Below the pieces are notes generated by a model. It was not told the origin of the DNA. It saw nothing but the letters and a program-made list of their open reading frames with translations, and searched no databases. A DNA stretch of 64,000 nucleotides from Histomonas meleagridis 2922-C6/04-290x (Eukaryota > Protista > Parabasalia). The position numbers were made by a program, and so were the translations under genes. How positions within the stretch are numbered: the stretch's first letter is position 1; every line of letters begins with the position of its first letter. The stretch is from assembly GCA_020184695.1 (NCBI GenBank), contig JAANOX010000029.1:1-64000 (forward strand), written 5' to 3'. This document shows, one piece after another, positions 45,963-57,013 of the stretch.

Positions 45963-48900
45963 ATGAATGTAATGTCAAGAAACACAGTGTTGCTGGGTCT
46001 TAAAACTGACTTTGATTCAGGAGATGATTTATCTGATTTTTTTTCTTCAATGTCAGATGATGATAATTCAGAATTAATTTTAACAACCAAAGTAACACCA
46101 TCTTCATTTACTGTGCCAAAAGAACTTGAACAAGATCTTGGAAGGGTAACTTCATTTAATGAAATTTTATCAAATATATCTTCAATTTCAAATATGTTAG
46201 AAGATTTTGAAACACCACCAAACCCAAACAACATCTGTTTAATACCTGAAAACATAGTACCCACTGAATTATCAAAAGCATTAACGACATTTGTCGAAGA
46301 TCAGAATAATCAAGCAGCATATAATACCATTATTCATTATCTTACAAATCCAGATCTCCCAGACATTTTATTAGCTCAAATTGACTTAATAAAATTTTAC
46401 AAAGAAAAGAAAAACGCAAATCTTACGAAATATATTTCGAAAGATCTTGATTCGCGAGTTCTTTCATTAATTCATTATGCGCTAATTGATGACAATGACA
46501 AACAATGCGCCATCTATCAACTTGTTTGTAGCATTGAAGACTTTTTAAAGAATCCAAATCCATTACCGATTTCCAATTTTTTCCCCAACTATACGTTACA
46601 AAATCTAGTTTATTCATTATGTAAAGACATTGTTATAGAGTTTCCACGACATCCTTTTTTACAATCCGCGATTACAAAATTTAGTAATTTCAATCCTAAA
46701 GTCGAAGAAGTATTAAATTTAATACCAGAAGATGATAGTGATGATGACGAGGATGATTTCTCTGATGATTTCTTTGCAGATCTTGGAACAGTACAACAAC
46801 GTGCACCAATATTAACATTAGAAATAGCTAATGAAGAAATCGGTGATGTCCTTGAAGATGTAACAGCAGCGCCACGATATGAACCAGTCGCATTACCAGA
46901 GCCACCACAAACAGTCACATATTTATTTGAAGACGGATCGAATCAAATGTCTCCAATACAATTTGAGAAATGGATATTATCTATTCGATGTGAAATTCCA
47001 ACATCTCCGAAGTTTATACATAGTGCGAACACAAGTATTACATCAGAGATTATATATACGAAGAAGCCAATTTTACAAAAACGTATTATCGAAAATGAGA
47101 ACAAAAAAAAGCAAAAGAAAAGTAAATTAAAATGGGAAAACATTGGAACATATTTTAATTTATATCAATCATTGACTGAATCACGTTTATCAATACAACA
47201 ATTACCTCGAAATGTACCGAAAGAATATTATTCATTATTATTACCGATATTACATGTGATTAATAGTTTAAAGAATAATGAAATTCCTTGCGAATTATTC
47301 CCTGATATGTTAAAGATCGAACGTGAAGCACATTATTCATTATCGATTAATGATGAAAATCATACACAAGAAATATTAGAAACAATTATCGATAAAATTG
47401 AAAAATCGAAAATTATCGAAACTTCAATTGATGATATTGAAGTTGAATATTTACAAAAGAAACGGAATCATCCCGAATTAATTGTTGATTTAAATGAAAC
47501 GTTTGAAGAATTAATGTATATTTGTGATTATGAATTTATTATTAATGGACGTTCACCATTAATTTATTCAGTTTTATCGATACCAATAACAAAAACTAAA
47601 AACTCAAAAATATGTAATGAAAAATGGCGTTCGAAAATATTATTTTCGGAATATCTTAAAAACAATTATTCACCTTATATAACATTTCGTATTGCATTTG
47701 CATTAGCAGTCAATTTCTCAGAACGAAATCCTAAACTTTCATGTTCATTTATCTTTGAAGCACTTTATATATTATTATATGGATTTCCAGTATTTAAAAG
47801 AATAATATTTATACATTCGGCGTTATTATTTTTTGGTGAAATGCTTGATAAAACTAATAAATATTATTATTGTGCAGATGTAATGGATAATTATTTCTTA
47901 ACAGATATTCGACAATTATCATTTTCATCACAAATAGCTCAAATATCATTTCGGAATAATGATATTATTCGATCATTATTTTATTATACACAATCATTAA
48001 AATATTTTTATGCAAAGAATTCAATGGAAGAATCAATATATTTCGGACAAATAGTATCTTCGATATATATTGAACAAGGTTATTATTCAGAAGCTGCATC
48101 AGTATTAATGTATTTATTACATAAATCGTATGACGTACAAGTAAATAAAAGAAGAAGATTAACATTAGCTGCAACTGTTGGAGGTTCACTTAAAACTCCA
48201 AAAATTTTAAATCATTTCCAAACTCAAAATAAAAGTGGAAACTTTTCACCAGATCAAAACTCAGTTACAACTATAGTTTCAAGTGTTACATTAGCTATCA
48301 TATTTTGTAAATTAAATTTATTTGTACAATCAGAAAAATTATTATTAAACACTTATGAAAATACAGATAAATTACAAATGAAAAGACTTATTTCATATTT
48401 TCGTGCTTGGGAATGTTTAAAACGGAATAATTTCCAAGAAATGTTTAATTATATTCCTCAATATCAATTCCCTAAAACACGTGTAAGTTTAACTACAAAT
48501 TTTTCGATATTAACAGCAAATAAATTCGATCCTTCAGTAGCTTCATTACGATTATTAGCAATTGCTTATTTAGAACGATATCAATATAAGAAATCGATAT
48601 TTTATTCCGAAGTATATATTCAACGATGTTATTTCTCTTCATTAAAAGAATTAGGTAATGCATTTTTATTAAGAGGTATTTCATTATTTTTAACATTAAA
48701 AAATTGTTATGGAGAAATCGAAATTATAGAAAATGATAATAAAACTTTAGGTAATATAATCGAAAATAAAAAATATACTATAGGTGAAATAATTAATATG
48801 ACATATTCATCATTTGCTACCGCGAAAATTTGTTTCCAACGTGTTGAATCAATTAACAAACTTATTCGTACGAATTTATTCATGTTAGATTTATTATTAG

Positions 48901-50804
48901 AATATCCAGAATTACATGCAGAACCTTATCAACCATTAATTGAAGTGCCAAATAAAAATATCTCAGAATGGCCAATTAATTTAGAAATACAAAAAGAAGA
49001 TATAAATCGTTTGAACACTAATATCGAAAGTATGTCATCATTAATATTTAATCCTTTATATATTATATATTCACAATTACTTTCATCGATAGTTAATACA
49101 CAAAAAAATAAAAATGAACAATCAAAAAAATTATTCGAATATTCATATAATAACTTCTTTAAGTTTTTTGTTTGTGGTTGTCATTTAATATCAAATGATT
49201 TCCCATTAAAAACATTAAATTTAATGTTTTATATCTTACAAAGAATGTCATTAATTCTTTTCACATATGAAATAGAATTTATTAATGAACATTTATTAAT
49301 ATTTGATATAATGAATGATATCCGAATTATAATCAAAAATAAATTACAAAATATTAAAATCGATTCAATCAACTTAATAAAACCTTCAATTAATTTCTCT
49401 AAACATATATTAAATCTTCAAAGTTTACGTTTCCCTTCTTTCATAAACATTTTAGAAGATTATAATTTCATTGATGAATATCTCGAAACTCGTTCATTAA
49501 AAATTCCGGAATATCTTTCATTAATAAATACAAATGTTCGACTTTATAAACAAGGGAAAATTACACAAGAAGAAATGAATAATCGAAATCGTTCCATATG
49601 TGGAAACATAGAGAAACAAACAGAGAAAGAGCGTTATCAACGTAAGTCATATATACCTTCATGTACATCATTTAAATATTTAATTCAAGCGCATCCGATA
49701 TTAAATGGATTAATATTTATACAACGAATATTCCAAAACATTTATATTTATATACCATCGAAAGGTAAAATACGGAAAATCCCATTAATTAACACAAAGG
49801 ATCCAATCAAACAAGTTAATTATATATGTCAAAAGAATTCGATTTCATTTAATACACAATCGAATTTATTTACTCCGAATTTAATTCGTTATATTATTAA
49901 ATTAATAAGTTTCGATTTAAAAGAGAAAATTAAACTGAAAACAAAATATATAAATGAAATTAATAATATTTCACAAACATTTTTCGAAGATGATTTTAAA
50001 GATTTCATTTATGATGTTTATCCTGATGATTTATCATTTAATAACTCACATATATTTAATAAAAATAATAAAGGCGCATTATATACATTAAACACTGGTT
50101 CTCATCCAGTGATTATTAATACTTCCGCAGACTTACAAATGATTCCTTTCGATTTCTTATTACCAAATTCATTAACAATTTCATGTCCATATTTTTCATA
50201 TTTAATTCTAAAAACTTCAGTATGTAATACAAACGTTCCAAGAGTTGTATCATGTCAATGTATGGATAATCCAACGCAACGAATCATCGAAAATGTTTAT
50301 AATTTGTTTTGCGATGTTTGTAACTCAAATATGAATCCGATATTAACAGTGGACAAATGTAAAAAGTCTTTGTGTTATCCGTTCCCATTGTCTTTAAATA
50401 ATGAACAAAATGATTACGCAAAGAAATATACATTTTGTGATTTCGTAGATGTACTTCCAAATTCATTTCCGAAAATTTTGAATATGTCTTCTTCAATATT
50501 CGTGTTCACTTACGCAGACTTCTGTGAAATGCCGTTCTTGATACATAAGTTGATTTCGGAATATCCTTCTTCGTATTTCTTATTTATTCCTGCAGTAGTG
50601 ATGAAAGAGGCATTTCAGGAAATGAAAGAAATCTTTGAAAGACATAACCAAAGATTCGCGTTTGTGAAAGATAAAGAAGAAGAAGAAAAATATAAATTAC
50701 ATATAGAATTAAAAGAAAATAATTTCCAGTTCGTGACAACTTTAAAGTTAACTCTACAGAAAAATTTGAAAGTTCCGATTCCTTTGATTGCGCATCTTCT
50801 ATAG
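45963..50804 (+). CDS. Large hypothetical protein (1613 aa, TPR-like helical core)
   Basis: Uninterrupted ORF; no family recognised. Confidence 0.75.
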   Translation: MNVMSRNTVLLGLKTDFDSGDDLSDFFSSMSDDDNSELILTTKVTPSSFTVPKELEQDLGRVTSFNEILSNISSISNMLEDFETPPNPNNICLIPENIVPTELSKALTTFVEDQNNQAAYNTIIHYLTNPDLPDILLAQIDLIKFYKEKKNANLTKYISKDLDSRVLSLIHYALIDDNDKQCAIYQLVCSIEDFLKNPNPLPISNFFPNYTLQNLVYSLCKDIVIEFPRHPFLQSAITKFSNFNPKVEEVLNLIPEDDSDDDEDDFSDDFFADLGTVQQRAPILTLEIANEEIGDVLEDVTAAPRYEPVALPEPPQTVTYLFEDGSNQMSPIQFEKWILSIRCEIPTSPKFIHSANTSITSEIIYTKKPILQKRIIENENKKKQKKSKLKWENIGTYFNLYQSLTESRLSIQQLPRNVPKEYYSLLLPILHVINSLKNNEIPCELFPDMLKIEREAHYSLSINDENHTQEILETIIDKIEKSKIIETSIDDIEVEYLQKKRNHPELIVDLNETFEELMYICDYEFIINGRSPLIYSVLSIPITKTKNSKICNEKWRSKILFSEYLKNNYSPYITFRIAFALAVNFSERNPKLSCSFIFEALYILLYGFPVFKRIIFIHSALLFFGEMLDKTNKYYYCADVMDNYFLTDIRQLSFSSQIAQISFRNNDIIRSLFYYTQSLKYFYAKNSMEESIYFGQIVSSIYIEQGYYSEAASVLMYLLHKSYDVQVNKRRRLTLAATVGGSLKTPKILNHFQTQNKSGNFSPDQNSVTTIVSSVTLAIIFCKLNLFVQSEKLLLNTYENTDKLQMKRLISYFRAWECLKRNNFQEMFNYIPQYQFPKTRVSLTTNFSILTANKFDPSVASLRLLAIAYLERYQYKKSIFYSEVYIQRCYFSSLKELGNAFLLRGISLFLTLKNCYGEIEIIENDNKTLGNIIENKKYTIGEIINMTYSSFATAKICFQRVESINKLIRTNLFMLDLLLEYPELHAEPYQPLIEVPNKNISEWPINLEIQKEDINRLNTNIESMSSLIFNPLYIIYSQLLSSIVNTQKNKNEQSKKLFEYSYNNFFKFFVCGCHLISNDFPLKTLNLMFYILQRMSLILFTYEIEFINEHLLIFDIMNDIRIIIKNKLQNIKIDSINLIKPSINFSKHILNLQSLRFPSFINILEDYNFIDEYLETRSLKIPEYLSLINTNVRLYKQGKITQEEMNNRNRSICGNIEKQTEKERYQRKSYIPSCTSFKYLIQAHPILNGLIFIQRIFQNIYIYIPSKGKIRKIPLINTKDPIKQVNYICQKNSISFNTQSNLFTPNLIRYIIKLISFDLKEKIKLKTKYINEINNISQTFFEDDFKDFIYDVYPDDLSFNNSHIFNKNNKGALYTLNTGSHPVIINTSADLQMIPFDFLLPNSLTISCPYFSYLILKTSVCNTNVPRVVSCQCMDNPTQRIIENVYNLFCDVCNSNMNPILTVDKCKKSLCYPFPLSLNNEQNDYAKKYTFCDFVDVLPNSFPKILNMSSSIFVFTYADFCEMPFLIHKLISEYPSSYFLFIPAVVMKEAFQEMKEIFERHNQRFAFVKDKEEEEKYKLHIELKENNFQFVTTLKLTLQKNLKVPIPLIAHLL

Positions 50805-51176
50805 ATTTGGTTTTGATTAATAAATTTATTTGGTTTTCTTGATTTTAAATTTTTTCAAAAGGCTAAAATATTTACCCATAACCGCCAAAATCTTGACGGT
50901 TTTTATGGAGTGATTTGAAATGTTTTGTTTTAAAATTTATGACTCAATAATCTTTAAAAAGAATTAAAGCTTTGATTCGTTTATATAGTCGGAATTGATG
51001 AGAACCTTTTTGCGAAATGAGAAATTTGTATATTTGTTCAGGCGGTTCGTGGCTTTTTTGAGATGAGCGTCCAATGAATTTTTTCCGGTTTTATAGAAAA
51101 CATAGAAAAATTGGGGTTTGTTTCAAATAACACAAAAGAAAATTTCGAGAATGCGACGGTTTTGTCATTTTCGAGA

Positions 51177-51461
51177 ATGGCACCAAAGTATCGCTATAAG
51201 CACGGACGCTATGGATTCTTCGGATCCTCCTCATCATCCTCATCAAGGCGTAGGTTTGGCTACACAACATACAATGCAGGTTATCCAGGCGCTTATCCAA
51301 ATACAATGTACCGCCCAGGTTACCCAGCTCCACCACCACCACCACCACCACCAGTTTATGCTCCACCACCACCAGTTTATCCACAACCAGGTTATCCTCA
51401 ACCAGGCTATCCTCAACCAGGCTATCCACAACCAGGTTACCCAGGTTATCAAGGATACTAA
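51177..51461 (+). CDS. Small Pro/Gly/Tyr-rich protein with YPQPG repeats
   Basis: 94 aa from ATG 51177, with poly-Pro and (YPQPG)4. Confidence 0.7.
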   Translation: MAPKYRYKHGRYGFFGSSSSSSSRRRFGYTTYNAGYPGAYPNTMYRPGYPAPPPPPPPPVYAPPPPVYPQPGYPQPGYPQPGYPQPGYPGYQGY

Positions 51462-52666
51462 GTCGTAAACGTTAATCAAATTCTTCATTTTCCCTTTTTT
51501 ACTTTTTCTTCACATTGATTAATTTCCAAATCAAATTTTTTCTACTGTTTTTATTTTTAATTTGATCATTTTGAACACATATAAACCTCAGAGAAATAGC
51601 TGTCATCTTCTTTGATATGGAAAATTGAGCAAAATTTACAGCGAACAAGCAAACGTTCAAACCGTTACGATTCGATTACCAAATTGTGAGGCGAGTCAAA
51701 AAGTACTATTCAAAAAGCTTGGATTTTGAGTTAAAATTTGAATTGCATTTGAACGTATCCAACCAATTATCTCCTCAATTGCCACAGATAAGACGATCAA
51801 ACATCATTCATTTGATATGAACGATAACGTCACTTTTCGGTTGGGCACTTTTTGAACCTGATTATTAAGGTTGCACTCCAGTAAATTGAATATAAAACGA
51901 TCAAATCCATGATTCGTAAACGGTTGCCGCTGAAAAAATATTGTTTTGTTAATAAATCGATACACATTTATAATTTTAATCTGTAAACCCAAAAAATATC
52001 TATAATAATTAATGCTCTTTGTTAGGTATCAAATTATTTTAATTTTAATTTTTTTTATGATAAATAATCAATTTCACTTTTAATTAAAGAGTTGAAAAAT
52101 ATCTTCATAACATTTTTTAAAATTATATAATATATTTAAATTTTTTAATAATTTTGATTTATATTCAGTTAATATTGAGTTCTATTCATTTTAAAATCAA
52201 AAAATCATGAAAATTGATTTTGAAATATAATAAAGAACATAATAATTCCAATTGATGCTACGATATTATTTTAGTAAATTATTATTTGATTTGGAGATAA
52301 AAATGTTTATAAGAAGAAAATACGATCAAAAAGCATAGAAAAGACCTAAAAAGTTGGAACATGAAAAACCTGTTTTCAAATATATTTTTCTTATTATTAT
52401 TTATATTTAAATATAATTCTCTTGCATTAAATAAATAACATTAGTATATATATTATAAATTTAAAAAATAGCATGATAATATTATGAAGTTATCATGCAA
52501 TTTGCAATTGAAATAAATAACATCAAAATATTGTCAAAAATATTTAAAATAAAATAATAGAGAGATTTTGGAGAAATTTTGAAAAAAAAAATCAATTTTA
52601 ATTAATTTTTTCTTAAAACTGACCGAAAAGTGCTGCTGATTTTTTACATCTTGTAAAACGGTTTTA

Positions 52667-53190
52667 ATGAAATTTTTTCATCAAATGTTGATAAGTTTTT
52701 GTATTAAAAAAGATAATTATGAAATTTTAGCATTTTTAGAAGAAAAAGGAATTAATGTTAATGTTAATGATATAAATGAATCAGCAAGAAATGGAAAATT
52801 GTATCTCGTTAAATATTTCCTTCAAAATAATCAAATTCCAAAAAATATTTTACCTTTTGCATCAGAATCAGGAAATATTGAAATTGTGAAATATGTTTTA
52901 GACAAAAAGGAATTGATGTTAATGCAACAAGAATTTATTTTATATATGTTTTAATAATTTATAATATGTTTTAATAATTTGTAATATGTATTAATAATCT
53001 GAAACATCACTCCATATAGCAGTTAGAAACAATAATATAGAAATAGTAAAATTACTTTTAGATAAAGGAATTGATGTTAATGCAAAATATATTCATTTTA
53101 ATAATTTAGAATATGTTTTAATAATTTGGGACAGTGCTTCATATAGCAGTTAGAAATAATAATATAGAAATAATAAAATTACTTTTAGGA
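52667..53190 (+). pseudogene. Ankyrin remnant (locus D) with a variant 20-nt spacer unit
   Basis: Blocks TSLHIAVRNNNIEIVKLLLDKGIDVNAK; spacers at 52933-53003 (71 nt) and 53091-53130 (40 nt); frameshift near 52905. Confidence 0.7.
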
Positions 53191-54189
53191 AATAATCGTT
53201 TGTATCATATGGGACAAATTCCAAATGGCTTCCTTTGAAACCAATAATTTTGCTTTCATCTAGGAAAAATGCAGAGAGCACACAACAAATGGGAAACAAT
53301 TTTATTGATCAAACAAATTGTTTTTAATTTAAATAAACAAAATATTTCCCGATCTTCAAATAAAATATTTGAATTATTTGATATCAATTATTCTTTATCT
53401 TTTAATATAATAGTTAGTAAAATGATATATCATTTTTTACAATAAAATTAAATGAATTTGATGCATATTTGGGTTTTATAAAAGAAATTTCAAAAATGCA
53501 AGAGATAAAAAATATCATACCGAAATTGTTAGATGTATTCGTCATGAATATTCTTCTTAGAAATTTAACAAAAGAATCAGTATATCTTCTTGAAAATATG
53601 ATTGAGAACAATTTACTTGAGCCAAAATTTAAACATTACATATTTTGTACATTATATGTCAGATAATGAATCATGCTTCGAATTGAAAAATATTTTTTGT
53701 TCTTAATTTTAATATAATATCATACATTCCAGATTCATTTTTGTGTAATGCTATAAGAAATTATAAGGGCCCACAATTTCTACATACAAATATTTGAGGC
53801 TCAAAATGGCAAAATTCTATATACGACCATTTATAATGCCAAAAAACCCCTATGTTTTTTCCGCTTTACAAATTTTTTGGAAATCCCTTTTTGAGCTTAA
53901 GAATTTTGTGGGCTTAAGGAGATGCTATACTTGAAACATTATAAATAATTCCAAAATTAAAAACTATAATAAGGAAAGTTGGTTGACCCAAACAGTTCAA
54001 GGTAAATAGTAGCACTTTTGTGTATGTAGTATAAATTGTGATGTGAAAAGTGATCTCCGACACGCCTTTACGATAGGATTTTGAATAAACCGATATGAGT
54101 CCAAGGCTCGCACCAAATGCCTGATGGCTGCGGTGAAACCCCAAATTATAAAAATTCCGAACATTCAATCATGCCCATTCCAAAATTGA

Positions 54190-55038
54190 TTGAACCTGAA
54201 AGGCTTATATTCAGCTTACTTAAATTTTTTAAAAACACTTCAAAAAAAAGAAGAAGAAATGAATCAAAATATCGGTAATCTAATATCAATTTTTATTAAG
54301 TATATATCTGGAATCAATACACAAGAATCTTATTATGTGATAGCACAAATGATTGAACAAAATTTAATTGATTTAAATATCACTAAAAAAATTCAATCAT
54401 TATATTTTGCACATTATAAAGCAGAAGAAGAAAACAAAAAACAAACTAATAGAAATGTCTTCCTCCAACACTTACATTTACTAAAACAAATACATTTACA
54501 CAATCAAGTACATTCACAGATAAATTTACTAAATCAAATACATTTTCATCATATATAAATTTAACACATTCATTTATTTTAACATATATTTTATCATTTA
54601 CACAAACATTAAGTATTTATATTTCATATTTTAATTCATTTATTATGACGAATATCAATTCAACATTTATATATATTTCAAGAACATTTATATATTATGA
54701 TTATACAGTTATTATTTATTCACAATATTTCACATTTTATTCTAATTTTTATATTATTAATTAAAATAATGAAAATCAAAAATGATGATCAAACATATAT
54801 TTATATTATTATTGGAGTATTGATTGGAATAATAATTATTATTCTTGTTATTGTATTTCTTATTATATTCTTAATTCGTAATCAAAAACAAGGAAATAAA
54901 GAAGAAGAAGAAACTGAATATGATGAAGAAACATCGAAAGAAATGAATGATCTTACTATTGAATATTCAAGGAATAATATTGAAGAAGATCCATTTGCGA
55001 AAGATTTCAATGAAGATAACTTTAATTTTCACATATAA
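54190..55038 (+). pseudogene. Chimeric remnant: ankyrin-family N-terminal fragment joined to a BspA stalk/TM/tail module
   Basis: 54190-54453 resembles the ankyrin-family N-terminus (TQESYYVIAQMIEQNLI). From 54454 the sequence matches the BspA stalk, TM, tail and 3' flank. Confidence 0.75.
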
Positions 55039-55285
55039 TATAAACATTAATAATGAATAAAATATTAAAACTATTTCTATTATTTTTATTAAAATATTTG
55101 AAATTTTTCTTCATCTCTACTCAATGTGAATATTTTTTATGTTTACTTTTCATCTAAAAGAAGAATATACTTTTTTTTTTAAATCCAAAAATGTTTTTTG
55201 ACTTCCCATAAAGGAATTTCATTAATGAGATGCGAAATAAAGCAAAAAGTGACGGTATTCAACCGCAAAAACCTCCAAGTCCCAA

Positions 55286-56557
55286 ATGAGAAAAACACTG
55301 AAGCAAATCAACATCAAATTTTATCCACCCTCTCTTTCTATTATTACCCAACAAGGAAATGACCTTTCTGAAAGTGTTATTGATTTACAATCAATTTCTT
55401 CTGATACAGATGTTGAAGAACTCGCTGACGAAATCATGGCAAGTGAACCTATTCTTAAACCAAAACACCGTAAGGCGCTTGTTTCATCGATTGAGAAAGT
55501 TATAAAAATGCAAGGCATAGATTTTAATACATTTGAACTTGCGCGAGTTCACAAAGCTCATGAGATGCCGCTTACTGATTGTGCGTTTAATAAGATGGGC
55601 GAACTTTTTATCACAGCTTCTAACGATCGTACTTGTATCATCTGGGAAACCGAAACAGGCAAAAAACTCCATGTTTTAACTGGGCACACCAATTCCATTT
55701 ATTGCTGCACGTTTAACAACCCCATTGGCAATCTTATTGCCACAGGTTCCAATGATAAGACTTCTCGTATTTGGGATGTTGAAAGTGGTACATCACTTCA
55801 TGAGCTCACAGGACACACTGGGGAAGTAGTAAAAGTAGTTTTTGATCATAATTCACAACATTTAGCCACTGCCTCATTAGATCGCACATCTCGCATCTGG
55901 GATGTCGAAAGTGGGCAATGTCTTCTCACACTTCGCGGGCACGTTGCTGAGGTCACGCATGTCGAGTTTACCAACGACGACCACATCCTCATGACGAGCT
56001 CATTTGACTCCACCGCCAAACTATGGGACGTCCGGAGCGGCTCCGAGCTCTTTTCTCTTATAGGGCACAGCTCTGAGGTCAGCACGGCTCACTTCGACTG
56101 GCCGTGCGAGCATGCATTGACAGCATCGACCGACGGCACTGCGCGGATATGGGACATCCGGAGCGGCCGCACGACGCGCGTGCTCGAGGGCCATCGCGAC
56201 GCTGTGCTTGACGCGTGCTGGTCGCCGGACGGGCGGCGCATCGCGACGTGCTCCGCGGACCACACTGCGAAGGTGTGGACGCAAAGCGGCGACGAACTGT
56301 TCACGTTCGAAGGGCACAGCGACGAGGTGACGCGCGTGATGTTCTCGCCGCAGTGCTCGAAGCTGCTGACCGCATCGGACGACGCGACGTGCCGACTGTG
56401 GGACTTGGCGACGGGGCTCGAGCTGGAGCAGCTGAAGGGGCACACGAACCAAATAATGAGCTGCGCGTTCAATTACTCCGGTGAATGGATCATAACGGCG
56501 TCGCATGATAATACCGTGATACAATGGAAGGCTGCGAGAACAGACTATAGATGCTGA
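55286..56557 (+). CDS. DAW1: Dynein assembly factor with WD repeats 1 (ODA16/WDR69)
   Basis: N-terminal KFYPP...IDL...TDVEELADEIMASEP, then AHEMPLTDCAFNK..FITASNDRTC and FNNPIGNLIATGSNDKT, followed by WD40 repeats. Confidence 0.85.
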   Translation: MRKTLKQINIKFYPPSLSIITQQGNDLSESVIDLQSISSDTDVEELADEIMASEPILKPKHRKALVSSIEKVIKMQGIDFNTFELARVHKAHEMPLTDCAFNKMGELFITASNDRTCIIWETETGKKLHVLTGHTNSIYCCTFNNPIGNLIATGSNDKTSRIWDVESGTSLHELTGHTGEVVKVVFDHNSQHLATASLDRTSRIWDVESGQCLLTLRGHVAEVTHVEFTNDDHILMTSSFDSTAKLWDVRSGSELFSLIGHSSEVSTAHFDWPCEHALTASTDGTARIWDIRSGRTTRVLEGHRDAVLDACWSPDGRRIATCSADHTAKVWTQSGDELFTFEGHSDEVTRVMFSPQCSKLLTASDDATCRLWDLATGLELEQLKGHTNQIMSCAFNYSGEWIITASHDNTVIQWKAARTDYRC

Positions 56558-57013
56558 AAATGTGTAAAATGAATCAATTAATTATGTAAATAAATATCGA
56601 TAAAGTGTTGAAATGTTTTAATTGATGAATGTTTTGGTATGAAATATAAAATTTGGTAATGCTAATGATCAAAACATTTGGTATCATTCATGGAGATTAA
56701 AAGCAAATGAATTACGAAAATTTTTCAAATTATTTTTCTATAAGGATATTCGAATTAAGAAGTTTCAATCAGAATTTAGTTCATTTTTAAGTTTTTATGC
56801 TTTGGTTTCATCATTCAATACGTTTTGTTTGTTCAAATTAATAAAATAATTACAAGTTGCTATATCTTTAAAATTCAAAAGCTAATGTAAATTGTTGTAA
56901 AGTGGTGTTATAACACAAAGATTAATCATAAAAAAGCACTATGTTGTAAAAAGCATGAGAGCATATGTTGATTTGATACATTTTTATTTATCGATAGAGT
57001 TAAAAGCAGAATG

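Noticed and set aside
53762-53917. Possible MITE with GCCCACAA/TTGTGGGC inverted ends
   Set aside because: Match is short and imperfect, with no clear TSD and no second copy in the window.
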